NCBI GenBank assembly: GCA_937625935.1
Contig: OW569387.1
Span: 248,001 to 312,000 of the forward strand
Reading direction: 5' to 3'
Length of the DNA: 64,000 bases
From: Tetramitus jugosus
Taxonomy: Eukaryota > Protista > Heterolobosea
A program made the translations under genes and the position numbers. Shown piece after piece: positions 1 to 11,140 of the stretch. Below the pieces are notes generated by a model that did not search any database, was not told the origin of the DNA, and worked only from the letters and a program-made list of their open reading frames with translations. Position 1 is the stretch's first letter; each line of letters starts with the position of its first letter.

Positions 1-2409
1 GTCAGAGCTGGATGCTTCAAGGAAGCTATGGAAATGTTTGAGAGAGTGGGTAATTGGGATGAAGTCCAAAACATTGCTGAATCATTCATGAATGAAAAGG
101 AAATTGGGGAATTGTACACCAATCGAGCTGTAATGCTTGAAAATAAGCAAAAGTTTAAGGATGCAGAAAAGTTGTATCTCAAAGCTAATGAAACAGATTT
201 AGCGATCAATATGTACAGAAAGAATCATCTGTTCGATGATATGATTAGATTAGTGACAAAGTACCGACCGGTTCTTCTCAATGATGCTCACCTGCAAATT
301 GCCAAGCAACTTGAAAATGAAGGACAACTCAGACAAGCTGAGCATCACTACTTGGAATCTGAAGATTGGAAAGGTGCAGTTAGTATGTATAGAAATAATG
401 ACAAATGGGACGATGCAATACGAGTTGCGAAATCATATGGTGGACAGAACTCTTGGAAGAAAGTTGCTTGGGAGTGGGCTCATGCAACAGGTGGAGAGAC
501 TGGAGGTGAAGCAGGCGCAAAGTTGTTGGTGAAATTGGGTTTGATCGAAGAAGCAATCGACTATTGCATTAAGCAGCAACTGTGGGATATGTCCTTCGAT
601 CTAGCTCGTACCTACACCAAGAGCAAACTTATTGATGTACATCTCAAATATGCCATGCATCTGGAGGATGGTGGTCACTTCAAGCAAGCCGAAGAAGAGT
701 ACTTGAATGCACAAAGTCCGAAAGAAGCTGTAGAAATGTACATTCACCAAGCAGATTGGAGCAATGCAGTGAGAGTAGCAGAGAGTCATGAATCTTCCTT
801 GATAAATTATGTACTGGAGAGACAAGCTATGATCGCGTTCGATAATGGAGACTACTCGCTGGCAGAGAAATTATTCATTCAAGCCAAGAAACCAGAAACT
901 CTTATCCAAAAGTACAAGGAAGCAAACAAATACCAGGACGCAAAGAGAATTGCCGATACTCATCTTCACACAGACACTCAACGCGAGATTGCTTCTGAGT
1001 GGGCAGAAAACTTGGACGACAACGAGGATCCAGCACGCCCTGCTCGAATGTTCGCCCAGAGTGGCGATTATTCGAAGGCGATTGATGCATACTTGAATTT
1101 TGGTTGGAAATCAATGAATATCGAATATCTAGAGACAGAATGGAGGAATGCTATATCATTGGCATCTAATCATATCCAGAGCAGACTTCAGGAGGTTGTG
1201 AAGACTGTTACTCATCGGTTGATCGAACTTAAGAAACCCAAATCAGCCGCTAACATCCTCGTAAGTGTAGGCAGCATTCGGGAAGCCGCAGAACTGTTAG
1301 TTAGTCATCACATGTTTGGAGATGCTTTCGCCATCTCAAAAACCAATCCAAGCGTACATCAATTCGTTCAGCAACAGCACAAGAAATTCCTTATGTCCAG
1401 CGAAAATCCAGAAGACTTGATCCAAGGAGGAAACATTGATGCAGCCATCAATGGTCTGGCTAGTCGTCAAGAATGGGAGGAAGCTATCAAATTGGCTCAA
1501 ACTCATCAAAAGAATGAAGCCATCTCAAAATATACTTCCATCTACACGACACGTCTTGTCGAAGAGAAACAGTATGACAAGGCACTACAAATATTGGAGC
1601 AATATGGACTGCCTCTGGAACAGAATATGATCCTTTCCTATGTTGAAATTGTTAAATATGTCATCTGGACTCAGCAGAACAACAAGCAGGGCGTACAACG
1701 ATGCAGAGATATGCTCACGCCACTCTTGGAAGGATTCCAACAATCACTAGGATCAGATCCATTATTCGTCACACTTGTCAAGCTCTACAACATCACTCAT
1801 CTTTTGGTAATGAAGCACACATGCAAGGAAAATGAACTACAAGACTTGTATGCCAAAGCCTGCATTAGTTTGTTGCGCTATTGTGACGAACTGAATCCAG
1901 AACAAGCATTCTATGAGGCTGGAGGTGCTGCACGAATGAGAAAATGGAACGGAATGGCATACATCTTCTTCAATCGTTATCTTGACATACATGAGATGAT
2001 TGAGGAATCAGGTGGTTCCAGCCACGCACAACTCGTCGAACTCGACAATGCTGATTTCCTAGAAACGGACATTCCATACAAAGTGCCACTGCCAGAAGAA
2101 TCCATCGTGGATGAAACGATGCATGCCGAAGTGGACGAGTTTGTTCTCGTCGATTGCATGGACACTGAACCAGGACTCAACCATCGATCATGTGACCAAT
2201 GTGCAAAAGACATTTATGAAGCATGCTTGATTTGTCCTCACTGTTCAAAAAAGTACGATGCTTGTATTGTCACTGGATATCCAGTTGTCAAGGCTCAGCG
2301 AGTCCAGTGCTCCGAATGCAACAAACCAGCCAACAAGACAGATTGGAACAATTATATCATGAAGTGTAAGAATTGTCCAAATTGTCACCATCAGCAACTC
2401 ACCTTTTGA
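1..2409 (+). CDS. IFT172: Intraflagellar transport protein 172, C-terminal part (5' end outside window)
   Basis: Frame open from base 1; TPR-like helical repeats, SLLRYC...AFYEAG...AYIFFNRYLD and C-terminal CIVTGYPV...C..C...W...CPNC typical of IFT172. Confidence 0.95.
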   Translation, partial: VRAGCFKEAMEMFERVGNWDEVQNIAESFMNEKEIGELYTNRAVMLENKQKFKDAEKLYLKANETDLAINMYRKNHLFDDMIRLVTKYRPVLLNDAHLQIAKQLENEGQLRQAEHHYLESEDWKGAVSMYRNNDKWDDAIRVAKSYGGQNSWKKVAWEWAHATGGETGGEAGAKLLVKLGLIEEAIDYCIKQQLWDMSFDLARTYTKSKLIDVHLKYAMHLEDGGHFKQAEEEYLNAQSPKEAVEMYIHQADWSNAVRVAESHESSLINYVLERQAMIAFDNGDYSLAEKLFIQAKKPETLIQKYKEANKYQDAKRIADTHLHTDTQREIASEWAENLDDNEDPARPARMFAQSGDYSKAIDAYLNFGWKSMNIEYLETEWRNAISLASNHIQSRLQEVVKTVTHRLIELKKPKSAANILVSVGSIREAAELLVSHHMFGDAFAISKTNPSVHQFVQQQHKKFLMSSENPEDLIQGGNIDAAINGLASRQEWEEAIKLAQTHQKNEAISKYTSIYTTRLVEEKQYDKALQILEQYGLPLEQNMILSYVEIVKYVIWTQQNNKQGVQRCRDMLTPLLEGFQQSLGSDPLFVTLVKLYNITHLLVMKHTCKENELQDLYAKACISLLRYCDELNPEQAFYEAGGAARMRKWNGMAYIFFNRYLDIHEMIEESGGSSHAQLVELDNADFLETDIPYKVPLPEESIVDETMHAEVDEFVLVDCMDTEPGLNHRSCDQCAKDIYEACLICPHCSKKYDACIVTGYPVVKAQRVQCSECNKPANKTDWNNYIMKCKNCPNCHHQQLTF

Positions 2410-2543
2410 GATGTGCAGATCACAATATAAACCTTTTCTGAACGTTTTTTCACTTGCAAGTGTTGTTGATTGCTGATCTTTGATATATCCCAATGTTTTT
2501 CTTTTGGTCTCTGTCCAAGTTCGAAAGCCAGTGAACAAAAAAC

Positions 2544-3590
2544 ATGACTGCCGAACCAACAACAACACTGTTGAGTTGGGATGAACTATTTCAGATTCTT
2601 CTCTTTCTGCCAGCTTCTGATCTGTGTCACTATGCCATGACCAATTCCACTGCTTATGAGTGTATCATGACCAATCAGCACTTGTGGACAGTGCTTCTCA
2701 AGAGAGACTTCACTGACACGATTGAACATTTGCAACAAGGATCAAACAGAGAGACATTCCAATCTTCTTTGAACATTACCAGTGCCACTGAAGTGAGTCA
2801 AGACTGTTGTGATGAAATGAAGGATTACATGTGTCACCACAAGCGATTTTCCCAATTTCCATTCGATCCAGTCATGTCGCGTTCCATGTATGACCAGGAG
2901 TCTAATCACACAATCTCAAAAATCTTGTTCCCTGTGTGCAGAGGTCCACTGAATCTGTCAGTGATTGATGCATTGATTAATAGACAACTCGTGATACCAC
3001 CAGACGTTACGCCAAACAACCAGCTGGCTATCGACTTCAAGCTTTTGTGTATGGCTTCGAGACAACCAAAGGTAACTCCAAACTTGACATTTCGACTTTG
3101 GATGATCAGTCAGAATCGATTTCAAACCTTAATCAAATGTTACTTCCGTGAGACTCAATGCTTGGTAATCACAGTAGACGCGAGCCATGCATGGAACGAG
3201 GATACTTATGATCCAGTTTATTCATACAGTGATTGTTCAAATTCTCTGACAAATGCTTTGTTTACACTAAAGGAGAGCATATCATTTTTAAAGTTTGAAT
3301 CACCAAAGGCCTGTAAAGGTGTTTTGATTGTCGGTGTTGGTGTTTGGTCAGAAGCTGCACCTATTTCAAAACAGAGATTCCTAAAGGATTGTGCTCAAAT
3401 GTTTGATGCTTTACCTTTGGAATATTTTGAGTTGACTTGTGAGAATGCAGCAGTTATGACTGATGTTATGCTGAGGCGCTTTTACACATTTCATCAACAA
3501 AGCACTCTAGAGGATGCCATGTTAGCTAAAGGACAAGCGGCACCACAAGAACAGTTAGGAGAGACTCCAACAAGATGTATCTTGAGTTGA
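2544..3590 (+). CDS. F-box protein fused to a degenerate Rab/Ras-like domain with C-terminal CaaX
   Basis: N-terminal LSWDELFQILLFLPASDL (F-box-like); IDFK...RLWMISQNRFQTLIKCYFRETQCLVITVD resembles the Rab switch II region; ends CILS. Confidence 0.65.
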   Translation: MTAEPTTTLLSWDELFQILLFLPASDLCHYAMTNSTAYECIMTNQHLWTVLLKRDFTDTIEHLQQGSNRETFQSSLNITSATEVSQDCCDEMKDYMCHHKRFSQFPFDPVMSRSMYDQESNHTISKILFPVCRGPLNLSVIDALINRQLVIPPDVTPNNQLAIDFKLLCMASRQPKVTPNLTFRLWMISQNRFQTLIKCYFRETQCLVITVDASHAWNEDTYDPVYSYSDCSNSLTNALFTLKESISFLKFESPKACKGVLIVGVGVWSEAAPISKQRFLKDCAQMFDALPLEYFELTCENAAVMTDVMLRRFYTFHQQSTLEDAMLAKGQAAPQEQLGETPTRCILS

Positions 3591-3672
3591 GGCAACATCT
3601 TTAGGTTACGATGATTACTACCCCAAAGTGTTGACTTGATTCGAAGAACGGAATACCGATCTGATCTTCCAC

Positions 3673-3822
3673 CTCACACACATTCTCCGCGCTTTTCTTG
3701 ATATGATAGCGAAACAACAATGACGTTTGGTGACCAAGGGCCATCACTCTTCAGACGATGGCTGAAGAAAACAAAAGACAACAAAAGTGAGCACCGAAAT
3801 GGTTGTATTAAAAAAAAAAAAA
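3673..3822 (+). mobile_element. Severely 5'-truncated copy (ORF2 end, 3' UTR, polyA) of the non-LTR family found at 11.1-14.1 kb
   Basis: Encodes LTHILRAFLDMIAKQQ* (cf. LTTLLHLFTTTKAKQQQ*); UTR gaccaagggccatc...gatggctga and aagtgagcaccgaaatggttgtatt(A)13 match the element 1 3' end. Confidence 0.85.
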
Positions 3823-3942
3823 TGTTTCCGCAAGAAAGAATGTTAGAGCGCTCCTCCCCTTTATTGGCGTGTGGTGCCCTTAATTGCATCGAGTCCAAAA
3901 CACAAAAAAAACCAAAATCCCCAACAGTTTGATCAAAGAGCA

Positions 3943-6900
3943 ATGCTGCATCGCAAAGCCTCTCAAAGACTACTAGTGAGTTCATCACGTCGTCGTCATC
4001 ATCATCATCGTGCATGTCTCTCACATGCATTGCACAACCCCAACCATCAACATCCACTCACACCATCATCATCATCATCAATCACATGTTGTCCTCCAAC
4101 ACAAAAACAACACTTAAATTATCATCAAACCATTGCGACTCTCTTTCCAGCAGCAGCAATTGCCACCAAAAATCAATCAACCAAAAATCATGCATCATCA
4201 AAAACCAGTGCTGCTGGAGTCAACTTGGAACAAGTGGAGCAAGTTGTGTTCAGAGGTCACGAGGCCACTCATCCACTCGATCACTTTTTCAAACCAAAGT
4301 CCATTGTTGTCATTGGTGCATCCGAGCATCAAAATTCCAATGGTCGTATCATTTTGTGGAATTTGATGAGTTGTCGATTGGTCAAAGTCTATCCCATTCA
4401 TCCCACAAAGAGCTCAGTCATGGGATTGAGTGCCTATCCTAGTGTTGAATCCATTGTTGATAGTTTGGTGCACCAGTCATCTTCTTCTTCATCGACATCA
4501 ATGAGAAAAAACAATGGTTCAACAGTGTCAACAACAACAACAACAACAACGACACCATTGATTGATTTGGCAATCATTTGTACACCAGTGGATCAATTGA
4601 TTTCTGCATTGAGTGACTGTATTCGAGCAGGTGTCAAGGCTGCTGTGCTCGTCAGTCCCAGTCAGCACCAACCGACTGCAGCATCCTCGTTGAACTCTCA
4701 ACAAGACACTGATCGAATCTACGAGCAAGCATTACAAATGGCAAAACAAGCGGGAATGAGATTAATGGGTCCGGATTGTCTAGGAGTCATGACGCCTGGT
4801 ATTGGATCGGATGGAAGAACAGTGTTTATGAATGCGACATTTACGGGATCAGCAGCAATCCCAGGTAGAATCGCAGTCATTTCACAGACGAGTGAAATGG
4901 GTGTGACGGTGCTCGATTGGGGACTAAAGAAGAATGTGGGATTTTCAGCCTTCATGTCCATTGGTTCCAACATGTTGGACATTAGTTGGGGTGATTTGAT
5001 AGAGTATTATGGACGGGATGAGAATACGGATGCCATTCTGTTGTACATGGAGAGTATAGGATCCATTGAGAATGCACGTCAGTTCATTAGTGCTGCTAGG
5101 AATGTGGCACTCAAGAAGCCTATTATTCTAATCAAGTCTGGAAGAAGAGCAACGGAGCTTCCTGCTCAGCAACATGATAGCTTGATCAAGGAGCAAGAAC
5201 AATCGAGAACAGAGTCACTCATGGACTCAGATAAGGTGCTAGATACCATATTTGAGAGATGTGGTGTATTGAGAGTAGATACGATTGAGGATTTGTTTAA
5301 TATGGCTCAAGTGTTGTCGAAGCAACCTAGACCAAAAGGAAATCGCATTGCACTGATTAGTAACTCGACATCTGCTTCGAACATTGCAGTGGATTCATTG
5401 TATGATAAGGGCGAATTGGCTCAATTGAGTGAATCAACCAAGCTGGAATTGCAAAGCAAATTACCAGAGATGATTCAAATGAATAACCCATTGAATATAT
5501 TGCCTGATGCCAAACCAGAGAGATACATTGAGGCCATGGATATTTTGTCCAAGGATCCAAATGTAGATGCCATTTTGGCGATTTTGACTCCACAGGAGTT
5601 GACTGAACCGACAAGAACGGCTCAATTAATTAAGCGACGATTTGCAGTCTCTTCAGTTAATAAGACACTGGTCGATCAACCAGTGATCCTAACGTGCTGG
5701 ATGGGAGGATTAGAGACAGAAGTGGGACGTGATATGCTCGTGGACTCTGGTATTCCATCGTTCATCTTCCCAGACACAGTGCTTCAAGTGTATAAATACA
5801 TGTGGAAATACTCGAAAAATATTGAGAATCTGTACGAAGTGACATCAAAGGCTATCGAGAAGCAACAAACTTCTCTTCCTCAGCTAACAGAGGAAAATGT
5901 ACAACAAGCGAAATCCATCCTTCAGAACATTATGGACTCTGGCAGAAGAATATTGAATGAGCATGAGTCAAAGGCTATTCTTGAACTGTATGGAATACCA
6001 ACTGCGAAATCAATTGTGTGTAACTCGATTGAAGAAGCCCTTGCAGCTGCCCAAAATATAGGATATCCTGTTGCAATGAAGGTTCACTCTGATACCATTA
6101 CATACAAATTAGAGATTGATGGTGTGAAGCTCAATCTGCAAGATGATGAGGCAATCAAGAGGTGCTTCAACAAGATTACCAACTCTATCGAAAAGTTTGG
6201 TAAAACAAGTGAATACAAGGGTGTTACCGTACAGCCAATGATCAAGCAACTTGGTTATCATTCAACATTTGAGCTCATACTGGGATCAACCTACGACAAT
6301 CAATTTGGTCCCATGTTGTTGTTCGGTTCTGGTGGATCCTACGTGGGTGTTAATGAGGATGTTGCTCTAGCTGTCCCACCGCTCACAAACACTTTAGCAA
6401 AGAAAATGATCAAAAAGACAAGAATCTCACGTGTATTGGAAGGCTACAGAATGAAGGCCGGAGTAGACATGGAACTCTTACAACAAGTGATTACTAGATT
6501 CTCGAGACTGGTCATCGATCTGTCTGCCTATGTCAAGAATATTGATATTAATCCCATCAAGATCTCATCTGCCGCACTACTCGGCACACAGGATCTAAAG
6601 TTAATTGCTTTGGATGCTCGAATGATTCTTCATCCGGAAGGTGTCAAGAAAATTACCCCTGTGATCCGTCTCTATCCTACCGAATATGTCACAAAGGTAA
6701 CTCTACGCAATGGCGATCATGCTGTTGTGAGGCCACTGAGATTTGACGACCATCCTCGATTGGTGAACTTCTTTGGAAGTCTATCAAAAGCACAGTTCGA
6801 ACTATCATCCAAGGAAGAAGCACTCAGCTATGAAAATGCATTCTACAATTTGAAGAAGCAACAAGAGAAGGCTCAGATCAATCATCAACACCAATCTGAC

Positions 6901-7308
6901 GAGAAACCAGAGATGCTTCAATTGAACAACTCTGTAGGCAAACTCATCTACAACGAGTTGGTCCAAATGTGCATTGGAGATTATGACAGAGAATTGGTGT
7001 TGGGAGCATTGGTAGAAGATTGTATTGTAGCGATTGGACGTTATACTGTTTCTCCTCGATCGACTGCCAACTACAAGATTGCTGAAATTGCTGTACTGGT
7101 AGGAGAGAGCTACCAAAAGCATGGTGTTGGTAGATGTGTTTTGTCTGAAATGGTGAATGTCGCCAAGAAGGAGGCCGTCAAAGAATTGGTTGCCCACATT
7201 CACACGAGCAACGTCGGAATGCAAAAATTGACCACCAAGCTCGGATTCAAGATTCAAAGAGAAACAGCTGCCAAACCAGGTTTTGTCACAGCTACTTTAG
7301 TTCTGTAA
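3943..7308 (+). CDS. NDP-forming acyl-CoA synthetase-like/ATP-grasp/GNAT fusion (Pat/PatZ-type acetyltransferase), probable mitochondrial presequence
   Basis: FFKPKSIVVIGAS CoA-binding domain, RLMGPDCLG, ATP-grasp IGYPVAMKVHS..GVKLNL, C-terminal GNAT AEIAVLVGESYQKHGVG; R/S/H-rich N-terminus from ATG 3943. Confidence 0.85.
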   Translation: MLHRKASQRLLVSSSRRRHHHHRACLSHALHNPNHQHPLTPSSSSSITCCPPTQKQHLNYHQTIATLFPAAAIATKNQSTKNHASSKTSAAGVNLEQVEQVVFRGHEATHPLDHFFKPKSIVVIGASEHQNSNGRIILWNLMSCRLVKVYPIHPTKSSVMGLSAYPSVESIVDSLVHQSSSSSSTSMRKNNGSTVSTTTTTTTTPLIDLAIICTPVDQLISALSDCIRAGVKAAVLVSPSQHQPTAASSLNSQQDTDRIYEQALQMAKQAGMRLMGPDCLGVMTPGIGSDGRTVFMNATFTGSAAIPGRIAVISQTSEMGVTVLDWGLKKNVGFSAFMSIGSNMLDISWGDLIEYYGRDENTDAILLYMESIGSIENARQFISAARNVALKKPIILIKSGRRATELPAQQHDSLIKEQEQSRTESLMDSDKVLDTIFERCGVLRVDTIEDLFNMAQVLSKQPRPKGNRIALISNSTSASNIAVDSLYDKGELAQLSESTKLELQSKLPEMIQMNNPLNILPDAKPERYIEAMDILSKDPNVDAILAILTPQELTEPTRTAQLIKRRFAVSSVNKTLVDQPVILTCWMGGLETEVGRDMLVDSGIPSFIFPDTVLQVYKYMWKYSKNIENLYEVTSKAIEKQQTSLPQLTEENVQQAKSILQNIMDSGRRILNEHESKAILELYGIPTAKSIVCNSIEEALAAAQNIGYPVAMKVHSDTITYKLEIDGVKLNLQDDEAIKRCFNKITNSIEKFGKTSEYKGVTVQPMIKQLGYHSTFELILGSTYDNQFGPMLLFGSGGSYVGVNEDVALAVPPLTNTLAKKMIKKTRISRVLEGYRMKAGVDMELLQQVITRFSRLVIDLSAYVKNIDINPIKISSAALLGTQDLKLIALDARMILHPEGVKKITPVIRLYPTEYVTKVTLRNGDHAVVRPLRFDDHPRLVNFFGSLSKAQFELSSKEEALSYENAFYNLKKQQEKAQINHQHQSDEKPEMLQLNNSVGKLIYNELVQMCIGDYDRELVLGALVEDCIVAIGRYTVSPRSTANYKIAEIAVLVGESYQKHGVGRCVLSEMVNVAKKEAVKELVAHIHTSNVGMQKLTTKLGFKIQRETAAKPGFVTATLVL

Positions 7309-7443
7309 AATCAATCCACCCAACAGCGTTGTATTCTCGTCGTGGCTGAACAAATTTTCTCCTTTCAAAAAACACCGCCTAATTTCCCGTGCAATTTTCA
7401 CGCAAACGCAAAAAATTATCAACACAATAAGAAAGCAGCCGTC

Positions 7444-8112
7444 ATGCCACTGATATTACGATTCCAGCGAATGGGTGTGAAGAACCGCCCAGTTTACCGC
7501 ATCATTGCAATTGACTCTAGAAAAAAGCTTTTGTCAGGAAAATTCATTGAGAAGGTACATACACCAAAATTTTATTGACAAATGAGCGACTTTTTTCACA
7601 TCATCTCACATGTGATGACTGACCTTTTTGTTCCTTCTTTTCATCCATTCACGAATGATTGCAATATTATGTTTTTGACATTGCTTTTTTTCACTTTTTG
7701 CGACAACCAATTTTCACCAACTTGCAACCAATTGAACAACCAACCACCACTCATCAACAATCAATTAATAATAACAATAATGTAATAGTTGGGCATCTAT
7801 GATCCAAACTTTAAGCAAGATCATGTCATGGTCTCCAGAACTCATCGTGCCATTGCTACGTTTGAACCAACTGAGCCATTGCAAGACATTGCACCATTCA
7901 AGGAACTTTACATTGACACTGAGAGGTGCAAGTATTGGTTGGCACTGGGAGCTAAGCCATCTCCAGCTGTTCATCGTGTGTTTAGCTTTGCTGGTATTTT
8001 GCCACCACCACCAAGTCGTCTTCCACAGGGATGGGATAACAAGAAGTGGACTGCAAACTTTAAGGCTGTTCACAATTATGTTAAAGCTAAGACGAAGATT
8101 GAAGAATCTTAA
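7444..8112 (+). CDS. MRPS16: Mitochondrial ribosomal protein bS16m; exons 7444-7554 and 7789-8112
   Basis: LRFQRMGVKNRPVYRIIAIDSRK...EK|LGIYDP...YWLALGAKPS; GT-AG intron 7555-7788 restores the frame. Confidence 0.92.
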
Positions 8113-8327
8113 TCGTACGAAAGCTCTCACTCATCTCTCATCTCAAAAAGCTTCCCACACACATTCCAACCAAAATCCAAGAATAAAAAAATACATTTCG
8201 GAGAAAAATGACAGAAGGTTCCACCAATTCGCTGATCGATTCTCAAAAACACAAAATCAAATTTCGCCGCATAGCACAAAAAACAGATCTCATCAAACAA
8301 CCAACCACCAACCAACCAACAGTCAAC

Positions 8328-9866
8328 ATGAATCCTCCACCACCACCATCTTCCTCCTCCTCAGCAACAACTAGGTTAACAAGAGATGAATACAAACAAC
8401 GAAAAGCACTTGAAGAGGCCAGAAAAGCCGGTACAGCCATGCCTGAAGTCGATGAAAGTGGAAGAGACATCAATCCTCACATTCCAGAGTATATCGCAAA
8501 AGCACCATGGTACATTAGTACGGGAAAACCAACACTTTCTCATCAGAAAAGTACCTTGCGAACGTCGGTACAAGAAGATGCACTGTCCAAGCAGTTTGAA
8601 AGTCAATCGAAACCGAAAAATGAATCACAACAACAACAACGGAAAAAGTTTGCGAAACGTGTGGTGACAAAGTATAGAGACGGTGCGTGTGAGAATTGCG
8701 GTGCCATGACTCACAAGACTCGTGAGTGTCTGGAAAGACCCCGACGTCGGGGCGCGAAATTAACCGGGAAAAATTTTCAGTCGGATGAATGGAGAGAGGA
8801 CGAAGAAGAGAATGCAGAGGCAGCACCTACGACTTCATTCGAGGGAAAGAGAGATCGGTGGCGTGGTTACGATGCCTCACAGTACGATCAAGTGTTTCAA
8901 TATCACCGACAGCTCGATATGGAGCGGAGAAAAAAAAAGGCGGCAGAAATTGCTTTACAGCAAATAGAGAACTTGAACAAGCAGGAAGAAAAGTCCAAGG
9001 CGGATGTGGCTGCCAATAACAATAGCAACCAAGCCAACAATGATAACTTGTCTGATTCTGACTCTGACATTGGAGACGATGAAGATAAGGAGCGTGATGC
9101 AGGACCCACGTTTGCCAATGCTGATCCAAGAACAAAATCAACGATTCGAAATTTGAGAATCAGAGAAGACATTGCCAAGTATCTCATCAATTTGGATGAA
9201 GAGTCGGCGCACTATGATCCAAAGACACGTTCCATGAGAGGCAATCCATTGCCTCAGATTGACCCAAGTGAGCTTGTTTATGCAGGTGACAATGTGTTGC
9301 GTCACACTGGTGAATGGAAGGATTTTGCATCGATTCAAATGTATGCACTACAGGCGCAGAACAAGGGACAAGAAGTGAACTTTGTGGGAGCGCCTTCTCA
9401 GGCCGAATTGAGCTTTCGAACCTTCCAGGAACGAAAAAAGGAGTTGGGAGAGACGAGACAACAGAATATTTTGGATGAGTACGGCGGTCAAGAGTACTTG
9501 AAGAAGCCAGAGGAGGACGCAGCACTGTCGCTCCACGAAAAGGAAGTATTTGTACAGTTTGCACGAGATGGGAGAGTGATTTCCTCTGGTAGTAACAGGT
9601 CGTCGATGGGTTCATCTATGAAGCGGAGCAAGTATCCCGAAGATGTGTATGAACATGGCCATACGAGTGTATGGGGATCGTACTGGAAGGATGGACAGTG
9701 GGGATATGCTTGTTGCAAGGTGATGAACCGAACCGCACAGTGTCCCAATGAAGATTTGTTGGATGTAGCTGGTATCGCGATGATGCCATCATCAGTTGCA
9801 GTTTCGAAAAATGAAGGAGTCAGTCATGCCGATTCAGGAAGGAAACGGAAACGCCATCGCGACTAG
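8328..9866 (+). CDS. SLU7: Pre-mRNA splicing factor SLU7
   Basis: INPHIPEYIAKAPWY, zinc knuckle CENCGAMTHKTRECLERPR, KRDRWRGYD, RNLRIREDIAKYL, GHTSVWGSYW; start at 8328 inferred (ORF opens at 8208). Confidence 0.95.
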   Translation: MNPPPPPSSSSSATTRLTRDEYKQRKALEEARKAGTAMPEVDESGRDINPHIPEYIAKAPWYISTGKPTLSHQKSTLRTSVQEDALSKQFESQSKPKNESQQQQRKKFAKRVVTKYRDGACENCGAMTHKTRECLERPRRRGAKLTGKNFQSDEWREDEEENAEAAPTTSFEGKRDRWRGYDASQYDQVFQYHRQLDMERRKKKAAEIALQQIENLNKQEEKSKADVAANNNSNQANNDNLSDSDSDIGDDEDKERDAGPTFANADPRTKSTIRNLRIREDIAKYLINLDEESAHYDPKTRSMRGNPLPQIDPSELVYAGDNVLRHTGEWKDFASIQMYALQAQNKGQEVNFVGAPSQAELSFRTFQERKKELGETRQQNILDEYGGQEYLKKPEEDAALSLHEKEVFVQFARDGRVISSGSNRSSMGSSMKRSKYPEDVYEHGHTSVWGSYWKDGQWGYACCKVMNRTAQCPNEDLLDVAGIAMMPSSVAVSKNEGVSHADSGRKRKRHRD

Positions 9867-10085
9867 AACACGAATGACCACTCGGAACAAAAGAAACAAA
9901 AGAGCAGTGAATCCAGTGAAAAGTAGTAGTCGTAAAATATGAATAAGTAAGATAACTTTAATCGTTGATGTGTGTTGTTTAATCTCTCCAAAGTAGATGT
10001 CAAAAAATATTTCTCTTTATGTCAAAACTTACGTGTCTCGTACATGGAAAAAAAGCCGATCGGGCACATTGCGCAAAAGGCAACT

Positions 10086-10916
10086 TTACAACATGTTGTG
10101 CACGGTATCAACGTCCTTCAATTCTTCCAATCTGCCTTCGAGCATTGCGTCCCACCACTTGAACAAGAATTGGTGCACAATGAGCTTGAACCATGGAGTA
10201 AACAACAATGAAGAATCATTCATCATATCAATCAGTTGTTGCTTGCTGACATACTTGACATCACCAATCTCATTCTTGTTAATGTTCAAGGTGATTGCAT
10301 TTGCTTCATGGAATTGATACATGAGGCAATAGTCGACTATTGTTTTACGCACATGCAGAAAAAATGTTGCAAAAAATAAACATGAGCATCGCCATCATCA
10401 CATAACTAACACACAACAAAAAAAATTCAAAGCTTTTGCAAAACCATACATACCTTCATGCTCTCCCCATGTATTATCAAATGGTGCCATATACATGATA
10501 CGTGTCATGAATTGATACTTTTCAGCACTTGTCTGATCAATTGGAATACCAAGTTCATGCTCAAGCTTTCTAATGGCAGCTCTTCGAATACCCACTTGTC
10601 CCTCCATTTCTCTCTCATTGTACTCTGGATTGTACAATGGATGGGAACAGCAAGTGTTGGTCCAAAAGAGCGGGAAAGTGATTTTTTCGGCGGCGCGTTG
10701 CTGCAGTAAAAGTTCACCCTTTTCATTGAACAAAAAAACGGAGAATGCTCTATGAAGAGTCGGAATATTGTTGTCGGAGATGTGGTTCATCAAGTGGCAG
10801 AATTCCTTGCTGGCAAATCCTTGTTCTTCGTCCTTTTCGTTTACAATAATACATTGGTCGCTCTTCATTAGCTCCAGTTGAGTCTCGTCGATGGATGCCG
10901 TAGTGTCGGTGGTCAT
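10086..10916 (-). CDS. IDI1: Isopentenyl-diphosphate delta-isomerase type 1; intron 10337-10453
   Basis: LHRAFSVFLFN, WTNTCCSHP, RKLEHELGI, WGEHE|VDY joined across a GT-AG intron, FTPWFKLI. Confidence 0.95.
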
Positions 10917-11015
10917 TTTTTGTTGGTTATTGTTGTTTTGTTTGTTGATTTGTGAATTTTTTCTTGGTTGGAATTGAAATTCTTCCTGCCAAGCAGACTG
11001 AAAAAGTTAAAAGGT

Positions 11016-11086
11016 CTCGAGCACCGGGAATCGAACCCGGGTCGCCAGAGTGACAGTCTGGAATGCTACCCCTATACCATGCCCGA
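11016..11086 (-). tRNA. tRNA-Asp (GTC)
   Basis: Reverse complement TCGGGCA...CCAGA-CTGTCAC-TCTGG...CCGGG-TTCGATT-CCCGG-TGCTCGAG folds as a cloverleaf; T runs (Pol III terminator) just downstream. Confidence 0.95.
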
Positions 11087-11140
11087 TTTATATTAATTCC
11101 TCAATTTAGGAATATATACTAACTAAAACGAAAACGCAAA

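Noticed and set aside
3990-4560. CAT/CAA trinucleotide runs (also near 31.0 kb and 34.3 kb)
   Set aside because: Ordinary low-complexity His/Ser/Thr/Gln coding tracts
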